From Chloroflexota bacterium (lineage in GTDB: Bacteria; Chloroflexota; Dehalococcoidia; Lucifugimonadales; UBA3495), in contig JAQBVF010000001.1 in assembly GCA_027623675.1 (NCBI GenBank), positions 64,001 to 128,000 of the forward strand: 64,000 bases of DNA. The letters run 5' to 3'. Positions 51,894 to 61,808 of this stretch are shown here, one piece after another (position 1 is the stretch's first letter; the number at the start of each line of letters is the position of its first letter). The notes under the pieces are model-generated. The model ran no database searches and was not told where the DNA came from. It worked only from the letters and a program-made list of their open reading frames with translations. The translations under genes were made by a program, and so were the position numbers.

Positions 51894-51927
51894 GGCCATC
51901 ATCAGCCGCGCGGGGAGTGAGATGCAG

Positions 51928-52731
51928 TTATCCTACGATTCTCTGCCGGGCGGCGAAGGTTGAGTTCACAACCTCAAATATCTGCTCTTCCGCGGTAGCC
52001 CCTTTGAAGGGAAACGTAACTCTCACGCCGTCTCCCTGGAACGTCACTTCGCCGTCGGGTTTGCCGAAGTAGAACTGGGCCATGATGCCGACCCCCGACA
52101 GAATTGCCAGAAATACCAGGAAGGCCGACAGGTCCATGCGGATCACGGGAACAGTCGGACCGTCTATCCGGCCCGTCAGCCAGTACGCCAACAGCACGTA
52201 CAAGAAGACGCCGGCGACAACCATCAGGCCGCCTTGGATCAACGAACCCTTGCTGCGCCGGGCCGAATTCACCGCCACGGCCTTGACCTCGTTCAGCGGC
52301 ATCACGACGACTTCTCTGTTGCCGTCTTTCTGGCCGAAAGCGATGACCCTCTGGTTGGTCAGCACCAGCATCCGGCCCTGGTCTTCGGGCTGCGGAACCA
52401 GTCCTCTTTCGTGACTGAACGTATGGGACACCGACTCTCCGGGGAGCAGGCTCACCATCCGGATCTTTGCACCGGTGCCGGGCGTTGCCACGCCGCTGGG
52501 CGGGCTGGCTTCGGGTTGCCGCGGAACTGGGGATGGGGTGGGGGGCGGCGCAGGTGAGGGTGTTAAGCCCTGATGCAGGCCTTTGGTCAACTGCTGCCAA
52601 AGAGGTTGATACTGGCCCTGTGAGAGTCCCACGGTGGCGCCCGTTCGCGTCACCGGCCGTCTTTTCCCTGGGTTACTAAATTGTTTGGGCCGCCGTCTGA
52701 CCGGCGGGTCCGTTGGCAGATTACGGTACAA
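51928..52731 (-). CDS. Hypothetical membrane protein (PH-like segment plus 2 TM helices)
   Basis: Pro-rich N-terminus, LVLTNQRVIAF PH-like strand pattern and two hydrophobic helices. The start is uncertain. Confidence 0.6.
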   Translation of the reverse strand: MYRNLPTDPPVRRRPKQFSNPGKRRPVTRTGATVGLSQGQYQPLWQQLTKGLHQGLTPSPAPPPTPSPVPRQPEASPPSGVATPGTGAKIRMVSLLPGESVSHTFSHERGLVPQPEDQGRMLVLTNQRVIAFGQKDGNREVVVMPLNEVKAVAVNSARRSKGSLIQGGLMVVAGVFLYVLLAYWLTGRIDGPTVPVIRMDLSAFLVFLAILSGVGIMAQFYFGKPDGEVTFQGDGVRVTFPFKGATAEEQIFEVVNSTFAARQRIVG

Positions 52732-52876
52732 AAACGACTCCTTCCAAAGGCCATATTATCATAGGGAAGAGGCTAACTCACACCTGCGGCAAGGCCCTGA
52801 TTCGGACAGCGGCAGAGCCCTGCGCTTGCGCAGTTGACGGCGTTGCCCGGTGATTCGCCAGACTAGGCACGATGTA

Positions 52877-52906
52877 TTGACACCGGCTGGCGGGCTTTGT
52901 TAATCT
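52877..52906 (+). promoter_or_regulatory. Promoter of the second T-box leader
   Basis: TTGACA followed by an extended -10 TGnTAATCT. Confidence 0.6.
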
Positions 52907-52915
52907 TTATTATCA

Positions 52916-53197
52916 AAGGCTGAGATGGAGACGAGTAGGCAGGGGTAGGCGCCTAGCGAGCCTGGTATGGTGAAAGCAGGCGCGCCGAAGCTGACTGAAA
53001 ATCCCTCCGGAGCCGCCAGTCGAAAACCCTCTGAAGATGAAAGAGGGCCAGTAGACCGAGCCGGGGTTCGTTCCCCCGTTAAGAAAGACGGGACATGTTG
53101 GTGTCCTGCTAGAGAGGTCCCGGTAAAACGGGATTATTAGGGTGGTACCGCGGGAACGTAATGTCCCGTCCCTATGTTGGGATGGGGCTTTTTTATT
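52916..53197 (+). ncRNA. T-box riboswitch, Ile specifier (ATC)
   Basis: AGTA / GCGAG / GGTGAAA stem I motifs and specifier loop GAAA-ATC-C (ATC at 53001-53003). T-box GGGTGGTACCGCG at 53140-53152. Terminator GTCCCGTCCC..GGGATGGGGC plus T run. Confidence 0.88.
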
Positions 53198-53276
53198 GCC
53201 CAAAAGCGGCTCTCCGGTCCTTTCTCTGCAGGAGGAATTCTTGCTAGTGAAAGTTTTGCCAGTTATGGAGGCTGCC

Positions 53277-54974
53277 ATGCAAATGAAAGGCTCTGAGATC
53301 CTCTGCGAAAGCCTGCTCCGGGAAAGTGTCGAGGTTATCTTCGGCTATCCCGGCGGGGCGATCCTCCCCTTCTACGACGCGCTCTGGTCATACCCCCAGC
53401 TGCGCCACATCTTGGTGCGCCATGAGCAAGCCTCTGCCCACGCCGCCGACGGCTACTCCAGGGTCACCGGCAAGGTCGGCGTTTGCGTGGCCACCTCCGG
53501 ACCCGGCGCCACCAACCTGGTCACGGGAATCATGGGCGCCAAGGCCGACTCCGTGCCCATGGTCGCCATCACCGGCCAGGTCGCCCGGGCTTCCCTGGGT
53601 ACCGAAGCCTTCCAAGAGTGCGATATCTGCGCCATCGCCGCCCCCACCACCAAACAGGTGTTCATGGTTATGTCCGCCGCCGACCTGGCGGACACGGTGA
53701 GAGAGGCATTCCACGTCGCCCAAGAGGGCCGGCCAGGCCCGGTGTTGATCGATATTCCCCGGGACGTCCAGCTAGAACTCGCCGAAGCCAATTTCCCCGA
53801 AGTGACCCCCATCACCGCGCCCGCTGTTTCCGATGAGGCTTTGGAGCGCCTGAAAGAGGCGGCCCGCCTGATCAACGAAGCCGAGCGCCCGCTCATCATC
53901 GCCGGCCACGGCGTGATGACCTCCGGCGGATCCAAAGAACTTCTGGAACTGGCCGAGCGGTCCGGCATACCGGTCATAAACACCCTGTTGGGACTGGGCA
54001 GTTTCCCCGCCGGCCACCCCCTGAGCATGGGCATGCTGGGGATGCATGGCATGTACTGGGCCAACATTTCGGTGGACCAGGCCGACCTGCTGATCGGGGT
54101 GGGCATGCGCTTCGACGACCGGGTTACCGGCAAGGTCGACACCTTCGCCCCACACGCCAGGATCATCCACATGGATATCGACGCCTCCCAGATCGGGCGC
54201 AATGTTCCGGTGGAGGTCCCGGTGGTCGGCGACGCCAAGGCCCTACTACAGAAGTTGACGCCCATGGTGACCAACGTTCCCAGGCCCGACTGGATGCAGT
54301 ACATCCAGAACTTAAAGCAGGACCACCCGTCGCTGACCATCCCGCCCAGCGATAAGCTCCAGCCCCAGCAGGTGATCCGTGCTCTGGATACCATCTTGCA
54401 AGACGACCCGGAGACCACGGTGGTCACCGGAGTGGGCCAGCACCAGATGTGGGCCGCCCAATTCCTGTCGTTCAAACACGCCAACACTTTCGTGTCGTCC
54501 GGCGGGCTTGGGGCCATGGGGTTCGAGCTGCCAGCCGCCGTGGGCGCCCAGGTTGGCAAGCCGGGCGCGCCGGTATGGGCGGTCGCCGGAGACGGAGGCT
54601 TTCAGATGACGCTTCAAGAACTGGTCACACTGTCGGAGGAGAAGCTGCCGGTGAAGATCGCCTTGATCAACAACGGCTACCTGGGCATGGTGAAACAGTG
54701 GCAGGAGATGTACTTCGACAACCACTTGAAGGCGGTGCCGGTGAACGGCCCCGACTTCATCAAGCTGGCCGACGCCTATGGCATAGCATCCCTCCGGGTC
54801 ACGGAGCATGAGGATGTGCTGCCTGCGCTGCGAAAGGCCCAGGCCCACGACGGCCCGTTCCTGATCGAGTTCGTGGTAGACTCAGACACCAACGTTTATC
54901 CCATGGTCCCGCCGGGCGGCTCTCTAGCCGACACGCTGGAGGACCCGGCCATGAGCAACCACAAAGGGATCTAG
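53277..54974 (+). CDS. ilvB: Acetolactate/acetohydroxybutyrate synthase large subunit (paralog 2, no adjacent small subunit)
   Basis: GYPGGAIL, RHEQ, RFDDRVTG, GDGGFQM and LGMVKQWQ; ATG follows GGAGG. Confidence 0.95.
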   Translation: MQMKGSEILCESLLRESVEVIFGYPGGAILPFYDALWSYPQLRHILVRHEQASAHAADGYSRVTGKVGVCVATSGPGATNLVTGIMGAKADSVPMVAITGQVARASLGTEAFQECDICAIAAPTTKQVFMVMSAADLADTVREAFHVAQEGRPGPVLIDIPRDVQLELAEANFPEVTPITAPAVSDEALERLKEAARLINEAERPLIIAGHGVMTSGGSKELLELAERSGIPVINTLLGLGSFPAGHPLSMGMLGMHGMYWANISVDQADLLIGVGMRFDDRVTGKVDTFAPHARIIHMDIDASQIGRNVPVEVPVVGDAKALLQKLTPMVTNVPRPDWMQYIQNLKQDHPSLTIPPSDKLQPQQVIRALDTILQDDPETTVVTGVGQHQMWAAQFLSFKHANTFVSSGGLGAMGFELPAAVGAQVGKPGAPVWAVAGDGGFQMTLQELVTLSEEKLPVKIALINNGYLGMVKQWQEMYFDNHLKAVPVNGPDFIKLADAYGIASLRVTEHEDVLPALRKAQAHDGPFLIEFVVDSDTNVYPMVPPGGSLADTLEDPAMSNHKGI

Positions 54975-55057
54975 CGGGGGACCCAACGGAAAAATAACTG
55001 AACAACCCCCGGCCAAATTTATCTAACGATGGCCGGGGCGTATTTACGGGAGTCCAC

Positions 55058-55471
55058 GTGGAAAAGCTATCTATTCAGGACGCTTCCCGCCGGCTGAATA
55101 TATCCCAACGCGATGTGCGGGAATACATCCGGAAGGGCGAACTCAAGGCTGAACGCGACCCAGACTCGGAGCATGGCCGCTGGCTGGTGATCATGCCCGA
55201 GGAAGGCTGGCAAGACCATTTCAAGGCCTACCTGGATGAGTTGGACGCCAGCATCACCCGGTGGTGGTGGGTCAACGAGCATAAGACCGGGTCGGTCCAT
55301 TATCTCGAGAGGACCGGCATCGAAAACGTCGAGCCCGATTACCTCTGTGGGCTATCCTCCGAGAACCTCTGGCCGTCTGCCGGCCATTCCCGGAACGACC
55401 GCTGCCTGGAATGCCTGATGCGGGCCACGGAACAGGGACTGCCTCTGTTCGAGGAAGACCTCACAGACTAG
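55058..55471 (+). CDS. Excisionase-like HTH (HTH_17) protein with a C-terminal His/Cys cluster
   Basis: LSIQDASRRLNISQRDVREYIRKGELKA N-terminus; H...CG...CLEC at the C-terminus. Confidence 0.7.
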   Translation: MEKLSIQDASRRLNISQRDVREYIRKGELKAERDPDSEHGRWLVIMPEEGWQDHFKAYLDELDASITRWWWVNEHKTGSVHYLERTGIENVEPDYLCGLSSENLWPSAGHSRNDRCLECLMRATEQGLPLFEEDLTD

Positions 55472-55514
55472 GGTTTATCCGGGGCCTATCAATGGTCGGT
55501 GCCGGCTGGAACGC

Positions 55515-56939
55515 CTAGCCCCCACCGCCGGGGCCGCCTGCGCCGATGCCCGGCTCGGTCATGCCGGCAGGGTCGAGAAGCTTGTCCAACTCGGCGTCGG
55601 ACAATTCTGTCTTCTCCTTGGCCATCTCTCTGATGGTCGTACCTTTGGCCGAAGCCTCTTTGGCGATGGAGGCCGCGGCGTCGTAGCCGATGGCCGGCGC
55701 CAGGGCCGTCCCCAGCATCAGCCCCTTCTCAACCATGTCCGGCCCTACACTGGTGGCCGTGATCCCCTTGACGCACTGGTCGGCAAAGTTATGGGCCGAC
55801 GCCGCCAGAAGGGAGATTGACTGCAGGATGTTGTAGGCCGCCACGGGCATCATGGTGTTCAACTCGAAGTAACCGCCCTGACCCGCCAGGGCCACCGAGG
55901 CGTCGTTGCCGATCACCTGGGCCACCACCTGAATCACCGACTCAGAGATCACCGGGTTGATCTTGCCCGGCATGATGGAACTGCCCGGCTGCACCTCCGG
56001 CAGGGATATCTCGCCCAGGCCCGCCCGGGGTCCGGAGGCGATGAACCGGATGTCGTTAGCGATCTTGTGCATGCTGATGGCGATGGTCTTCAACGCGCCG
56101 CTGGCCTCGACCAACGCATCCAAAGATGACTGGGCCTGGAAGTGGTTGGCCGTCTCTTTGATCACGATCCCCGAAGCCTGGGAGATCGTTAGGCAGGTCC
56201 GGCCGGAGAACTCCTCGTGGGTGTTCACTCCGGTGCCCACGGCGGTGCCGCCCAGAGCGACCTCAGCCAAGGCTTCTTGAGCGCGGTGCAGGCGCTGGAT
56301 GCTGTACTCGGCCTGCCCGGCATAGCCCCGGAACTCCTGCCCCAGCCGAACTGGAGTGGCGTCCTGCAGGTGGGTGCGTCCCGTTTTGACGATGGGCCAG
56401 AACTCGTCGGATTTCTTGGTCAGTTCCTCGGCAAGAAATTCCAGCGAAGGAATCAGGTCTTCTTTGATGGACAGCAGCGCCGCCACGTGGATGGCCGTGG
56501 GTATCACGTCGTTGGACGACTGGCCCATGTTGACGTGGTCGTTGGGATGGACGAGCCTTGAGCCCAGGTCTCCGCCCAGGATCTGGCTGGCGCGGTTGGC
56601 GATGACCTCGTTGGCGTTGGTGTTGGTGGAGGTGCCGGAGCCGGTCTGGAATATGTCCAGGACGAAGTGCTCATCCAGCGTGCCGTCGATGACCTCTTGG
56701 GCCGCGGCGACGATGGCGTTGCCCGCCTTCTCCTCCAACAGGCCCAGCGACATATTGGTCTTGGCCGCCGACTGTTTAACCAGGCCCAGCGCCCGGATGA
56801 AGGCCCGGGGAAAGACCAGGCCGCTGATGGGAAAGTTCAAAACCGCCCGCATGGTTGACGCGCCGTACAGGGCGTCGGCTGGGACTTCCATCTCACCCAT
56901 GGAGTCCCGTTCAATTCTCACTTTGGGGCGCGTGGACAT
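55515..56939 (-). CDS. fumC: Fumarate hydratase class II
   Basis: QTGSGT, HPNDHVN.GQSSND, GRTHLQDA and GSSIMPGKINP motifs. Confidence 0.95.
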   Translation of the reverse strand: MSTRPKVRIERDSMGEMEVPADALYGASTMRAVLNFPISGLVFPRAFIRALGLVKQSAAKTNMSLGLLEEKAGNAIVAAAQEVIDGTLDEHFVLDIFQTGSGTSTNTNANEVIANRASQILGGDLGSRLVHPNDHVNMGQSSNDVIPTAIHVAALLSIKEDLIPSLEFLAEELTKKSDEFWPIVKTGRTHLQDATPVRLGQEFRGYAGQAEYSIQRLHRAQEALAEVALGGTAVGTGVNTHEEFSGRTCLTISQASGIVIKETANHFQAQSSLDALVEASGALKTIAISMHKIANDIRFIASGPRAGLGEISLPEVQPGSSIMPGKINPVISESVIQVVAQVIGNDASVALAGQGGYFELNTMMPVAAYNILQSISLLAASAHNFADQCVKGITATSVGPDMVEKGLMLGTALAPAIGYDAAASIAKEASAKGTTIREMAKEKTELSDAELDKLLDPAGMTEPGIGAGGPGGGG

Positions 56940-57111
56940 GGCGGTACCGTCCTAAATCAAATCTCATGTTGGGCCAAAGCCCAAACCCACATGATTCTAG
57001 CGGCTGCAGGTCGACTTGGGTAGTGGGCGGTATCAGACACAAGGTTTCTGGGCCGCACGCCTCCCCGGGAGCGGCTCGATATTTTATGATTGCTGACTGT
57101 AATATATCCAG

Positions 57112-58533
57112 ATGATTCGACGGATCGGGCGCAGACTGATAATCGCTTTCCTGGTGACGCTTGCCGTCGCCTGCGGCGCAGCGTCACCGGGCCCGTCCGA
57201 GGTTGTTCTGGCACAACCAACCGATACACCGGTCACAACCCCCGCAGAGAGGGCGCCGACGCCCACTCTAGTGGCTACCGAAAACCCCGCGGCTTCACCG
57301 ACCCGGCCGCCGGCGCGCTCTTCCACAATCGCTCCTCGGCCCGCCAGCCAGCAGGCAGCTTCGGAGCCCCTGCTGGATTGCACTCCGCATTCCCTACCTC
57401 AGCGCACCCAGCGGTCGTTGGCCGTGGACCCGAATGACGATGACAAGATCTATATCGGCGTCGAGCAAGAGGGCTTCTTCAAAACGCATGACGGTGGAAA
57501 AACGTGGCAAAGGGCCGTAACCGGCATCAAAGCCTGGGACAGGACTGACGGGACGGGCCTCTGCTATGAGGAGTTTTACTCGACAATCATCGACCCCGAT
57601 GACCCGGACCACATCTGCATCGCCATGGCCGGGGGTCCGGGCACGGTCAGCGTCACAAACACCAGCGCCGGAAACAACGGAGTGTACTGCTCGGTGGATG
57701 GAGCGGAGTCGTGGACTCAGAGAGTGAGCCCCCACATGAATACAGCGGTATATTCCATCTCCGCTGACCCGGAAGATTTCGACGTTATGTACGCCGGAGT
57801 GAACGGCGGTTCCTGCTCCAACCTGCCACCTGTGTGCGACCCCGACACCTATTTCAACTCGGTGGGGTCGGTGTACCAGACCAAGGACGGGGGTCTGACT
57901 TGGTCGGAACTCAACACATTGGCGGCGCGAGACGTTAGGGTAATCTCGGTGCGCGTTCACCCATTGGACCCCCATCTGATAGTGGCGGCGACCTTTTCCA
58001 AGGTCACGGTTCAAGGGGGAAACGCCGGCAATTTTGAAGGATCAACCCAATTGGGACTCATCCGGTCCCAGGACGGCGGGAAGACCTGGAGTAGTTCGGT
58101 GAACGGAATGAACGATTCTCCACGGGAACAGGCCCTTCTCGGCCTTGAGATATCACCTCGTAACCGGTCCCGACTGTACGTCACCGCCTCAAGCAACACA
58201 TCGTATTGGTCATCGGACTCAGGGGAGACTTTCCACCCGTCCCGCAGGATGACGGCCTTCGTCTTTGATCCGTTCGATAGCGCAGGCCTGCACATGCTGG
58301 GCAGCAATGGGGAATCGATACAGGAAAGCACCGACGGCGGTGAGACCTGGGGTATGATCTCCGCCACGCCTGGGTTTGTTTCCTTTCAGAGCGGGGTTCC
58401 AACCGCTCTGGTATGGAGCGGCAACGACCCTGACAAGGTATTCTTGTCCGGCCCGTACGCCACGCTTTATGTGTCGCCAGACGGTGGCGTCACCTGGTCG
58501 CAGTTGCTCTCCGCCGAGCGGCTACCCAAGTAA
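57112..58533 (+). CDS. Lipoprotein with BNR/Asp-box beta-propeller (sialidase/VPS10/YCF48-like)
   Basis: Lipobox LAVA-C, Pro/Thr linker and repeated S/T-x-D-G-G-x-T-W Asp boxes. Confidence 0.82.
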   Translation: MIRRIGRRLIIAFLVTLAVACGAASPGPSEVVLAQPTDTPVTTPAERAPTPTLVATENPAASPTRPPARSSTIAPRPASQQAASEPLLDCTPHSLPQRTQRSLAVDPNDDDKIYIGVEQEGFFKTHDGGKTWQRAVTGIKAWDRTDGTGLCYEEFYSTIIDPDDPDHICIAMAGGPGTVSVTNTSAGNNGVYCSVDGAESWTQRVSPHMNTAVYSISADPEDFDVMYAGVNGGSCSNLPPVCDPDTYFNSVGSVYQTKDGGLTWSELNTLAARDVRVISVRVHPLDPHLIVAATFSKVTVQGGNAGNFEGSTQLGLIRSQDGGKTWSSSVNGMNDSPREQALLGLEISPRNRSRLYVTASSNTSYWSSDSGETFHPSRRMTAFVFDPFDSAGLHMLGSNGESIQESTDGGETWGMISATPGFVSFQSGVPTALVWSGNDPDKVFLSGPYATLYVSPDGGVTWSQLLSAERLPK

Positions 58534-58636
58534 CCTCTCCGCCATTATAGAAAAGAGAAAGGCGGCGGCGCAGCCGTATTCCAGCCACGCCACCGCCTGA
58601 GTAAACACTGGATGGCCAGCACAACACGGCTGCCGT

Positions 58637-60187
58637 CTACTTGCCCTCTTTGATCCAGTCGGCAACGCGCTCGGCGATCATGATGGTGGTGGCGTTGGTG
58701 TTGGCCCGGATCACGTCGGGCATGACCGAGGCGTCAATCACGCGCAGTCCCTCCAGGCCATGGACCCTGGCGTACTGGCTGACCACGGCCATGGGGTCGG
58801 AGCTCGGCCCCATCTTGCAGGTGCCAGAGACGTGGTGCTGGGTGTAGCAGTTGGTCATGATCCAGCGGTCCAGTAGAGCATCCTCGGCCAACTCTTCCTT
58901 GGTGGGGTTGATCTGTTCCACCACATGGGCGGCGAAGGCCGGATGCTCGGCGACCTTCGCCGCCATGCGCATCGCCCCGCGCATCCGCTCCCGGTCGTAG
59001 TCGGCCGAGAACAGGTCATAGTTCAAGTAGGGCTGGTCGTGGGGGTCGGTCGTGTTCAGGGTAAGCTCACCGGCCGACGTGGCGTTCTGGAGGCCCACAC
59101 TCAGTCCAAAGTGGAACGTGTCGCCCTCGTAGGACACGCTGGCCGGGCGGTGCTCGCTGCTCATCAAAGTGGGCGTCATCTGGAAATCGCCCCGGGTCGG
59201 CGACCCCGGCAGACTGAACCGCAGGCCAACCTGGAGGCTGGGAGTGTCGATGTCGGGCGGGTCTCCCTCGCCCTTGAACAGCATGTAGGCCGCCGGATGG
59301 TCGCGCAGATTCTTGCCCACGCCGGGCAGGTCATGGACCACGTTGATGCCCATCCGCTCCAGTTCCTTGGCCGGGCCCACCCCGGACAGCAGCAGCGCCT
59401 GGGGCGAGCCGATGGCCCCGCCAGACAAGATGATCTCGCTGCCTTCCACGTTGAACACCTCGCCGCCGCTCTCAGCCTCGACGCCCACGGCCCGCTTGCC
59501 CTCGAACAGGACTTTGCGGATGGCAACCCCGCCGCGCACGGTTATGTTAAGTCGGTGCCGGGCCAGGTTCAGGTAGGTCAGGGCGGTGCTCATGCGGACA
59601 CCGTCGATATTGTTCAGGGGACGGGCCGCCACGCCGGTGGAGTCGGGGTTGTTCTGGTCGGGGTCTTCGGGGAAGCCCACGCCCAGGCAGGCCTGGTAGA
59701 ACGCCTCGGCGACGGGGATCCAGTCCTCCCGCTTGAAACGGCGCACGGGCAGCGGGCCCTCGTTGCCGTGGAAGTCGTCGCCGGGGAAATCCCAGTCATT
59801 CTCCATCTTGCGGAAGTAGGGCAGGATCTTGGTGTAGGCCCATTCATCGTTGCCCCACTCGGCCCACTGGTCGTAGTCCTCGGGCAGGCCCCTGAAGACC
59901 ACCTGGCCGTTGACGGCGCTGGAGCCGCCGGTGGCCTTGCCCCTGGGGATGATGATCGGTTCCGGTTGGAGCGGCGTGGCCGTGGCGCGGTAGTCCCAGC
60001 TATGAGGGCCGTAGGCCGACCGCCAGACGTTGTAGCCCTTCTTAAGGTCTTCGGGCAGGTGCTCGTAGTCGGGATAGTCGGGGCCGGCCTCCAACAGCAG
60101 CACCGTCTTGGTTGGGTCTTCAGAGAGCCGGGTGGCCACCACACAGCCGGCCGAGCCGGCCCCAACGATGATGTAGTCGTACTTCAT
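58637..60187 (-). CDS. GMC-family oxidoreductase
   Basis: GAGSAG, LEAG, GGSSAVN, GTCKMG, RVIDASVMP and NTNATTIMIAE motifs. Confidence 0.93.
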   Translation of the reverse strand: MKYDYIIVGAGSAGCVVATRLSEDPTKTVLLLEAGPDYPDYEHLPEDLKKGYNVWRSAYGPHSWDYRATATPLQPEPIIIPRGKATGGSSAVNGQVVFRGLPEDYDQWAEWGNDEWAYTKILPYFRKMENDWDFPGDDFHGNEGPLPVRRFKREDWIPVAEAFYQACLGVGFPEDPDQNNPDSTGVAARPLNNIDGVRMSTALTYLNLARHRLNITVRGGVAIRKVLFEGKRAVGVEAESGGEVFNVEGSEIILSGGAIGSPQALLLSGVGPAKELERMGINVVHDLPGVGKNLRDHPAAYMLFKGEGDPPDIDTPSLQVGLRFSLPGSPTRGDFQMTPTLMSSEHRPASVSYEGDTFHFGLSVGLQNATSAGELTLNTTDPHDQPYLNYDLFSADYDRERMRGAMRMAAKVAEHPAFAAHVVEQINPTKEELAEDALLDRWIMTNCYTQHHVSGTCKMGPSSDPMAVVSQYARVHGLEGLRVIDASVMPDVIRANTNATTIMIAERVADWIKEGK

Positions 60188-60349
60188 GCCTGTCTCCTCA
60201 AAGCGGTTATTCGTGTGACCTGAGATCTTGGTCCAAACGGGGTGTTCTCGAGAAGTTCCCTCGGGAGGTCTTGCAGGGACTCTTCCGGGGAGTAGACCGG
60301 CGAATTATACCCTGGCCGGTGGACAAAGGGGACCGGCGGCGCCAACGAA

Positions 60350-61558
60350 TCATCTGACGCTGGCCAAGATCCCTTTCAGGTCGTCCACGCTCTCGATCTT
60401 GCGGACGTTTCGGTGGAGGCCGAAATCGGTCATGGCGTCGGCTGCGATCTGGTCGATGTCGTCCTCGGAAACGCCCACCTGACTCAGCCTGACCGGCAGA
60501 TTCAGGCCGCGGAATAATTCTTCCACGGAATCTGCCGCGGCGGCGGCGGACTCGCGGTCGTCCAGTCGGTTATCAACCACTCCCATGGCGGCGGCGAAGC
60601 GGGCCTGCCCGGCGGCGTTGGCCTCGGCATTAAAACGCATACCGGGGGCGGTCAGGATGGAGTAGGCGTCGCCGTGGCCGCATTCGGGGTAGCGAGTGTC
60701 CAGCGAGTGGGCCAGGGCGGTCACCACCCCGAGTGCGCTGCCCCCGGCCCCGGCGTCGGTGGCCCGGTTGTACAGGAAGGCCGCGGCGCACAGGTTGATG
60801 CGCACCGCCGGGTTATCGGGCTGGGACTCCACCAGCGGCAGGTTCTCGGTCATGAAACGCAGCGCCTCCAGCAGGTCGCTCTCCGCCAGCGGGTTGAGGC
60901 CAGTGCGCTGCAGGGCGGCGGCGATGCCGGTGAAGCAGGACGCGGTGGCGTTCAGACAGAGCCAGGGTGATGCCGTGAGCAGCGCTTGGTCGTCCCAGAT
61001 GACCGCTTGAGGCCGGGTCTTGGGGTCGAACAACTCTAGCCGGTGGCCCGACTCTGGGTCGATTAGCGCGGTCCCGGCACGGGTGACGGCGGTGGTCGCA
61101 GTTGTCAGGACGATGAAGTTGGGAATCTTGGGGGCCATCAGGCGGGGACTAACCGGCGGCTTGCCCGCGGGATATTGGGTGCACAGTTCCTGGGCGGTCC
61201 CCTTCTCGGCCAGCAGGATTGTGATGCCCCGGGCGGTGACCACGGCGCTGCCGCCGCCGACCGCCACGATGCCGTCCGCGTCGACCTCCCTGGCCGCCGC
61301 GACACCCGCCAACACCGATGTCAGTGGCGAACCGGTCTTTCCTCCGCTGAACACACCGGCGAACCGCTCTACCAGGGCTTCCCGCACCCGTTCCACCAGG
61401 TCGGTATTGTTGGCGATGGACTGCCCGCAGACAACCAGCACCCGCTGTGCTCTCGTCCGATCGACCTCTTCGGTCAGCTTGCTGATGGCGTTCGGTCCGG
61501 CATGGACCCGCACGGGATAGCCGACGAAACGGAAGGGATCGGTGGTCACGGCAATCAT
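60350..61558 (-). CDS. Iron-containing alcohol dehydrogenase / maleylacetate reductase-like protein
   Basis: AVGGGS, P.AVIWD, ALAHSL and HG motifs; ATG 61558 follows AGGAG. Confidence 0.8.
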   Translation of the reverse strand: MIAVTTDPFRFVGYPVRVHAGPNAISKLTEEVDRTRAQRVLVVCGQSIANNTDLVERVREALVERFAGVFSGGKTGSPLTSVLAGVAAAREVDADGIVAVGGGSAVVTARGITILLAEKGTAQELCTQYPAGKPPVSPRLMAPKIPNFIVLTTATTAVTRAGTALIDPESGHRLELFDPKTRPQAVIWDDQALLTASPWLCLNATASCFTGIAAALQRTGLNPLAESDLLEALRFMTENLPLVESQPDNPAVRINLCAAAFLYNRATDAGAGGSALGVVTALAHSLDTRYPECGHGDAYSILTAPGMRFNAEANAAGQARFAAAMGVVDNRLDDRESAAAAADSVEELFRGLNLPVRLSQVGVSEDDIDQIAADAMTDFGLHRNVRKIESVDDLKGILASVR

Positions 61559-61808
61559 TCTCCTGGGCTTGGCTGGGGCAGTGACTAATGGTGCCACCCA
61601 CGTCAATATTTGGCAACCGGCGTATCCGGCCCCATTGTTGACAGTTAATCCCGGTGGGCTATCATGTGCAGAATCACCGGTATGCGGAGTCTGACCATGG
61701 CGCGGATGGCTGGCAATTCGGATCCCACCCCAGGGCGTAATCCGGCGTTCTTGTTGCAGCCTCCGGTGGTAGAATCGAGCCAAGTGTAGGACCCAAGACG
61801 AGAGTTTC

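Noticed and set aside
55058..55471. Excisionase-like gene as a prophage marker
   Set aside because: No integrase, att site or phage genes are nearby, and it is flanked by core metabolic genes.
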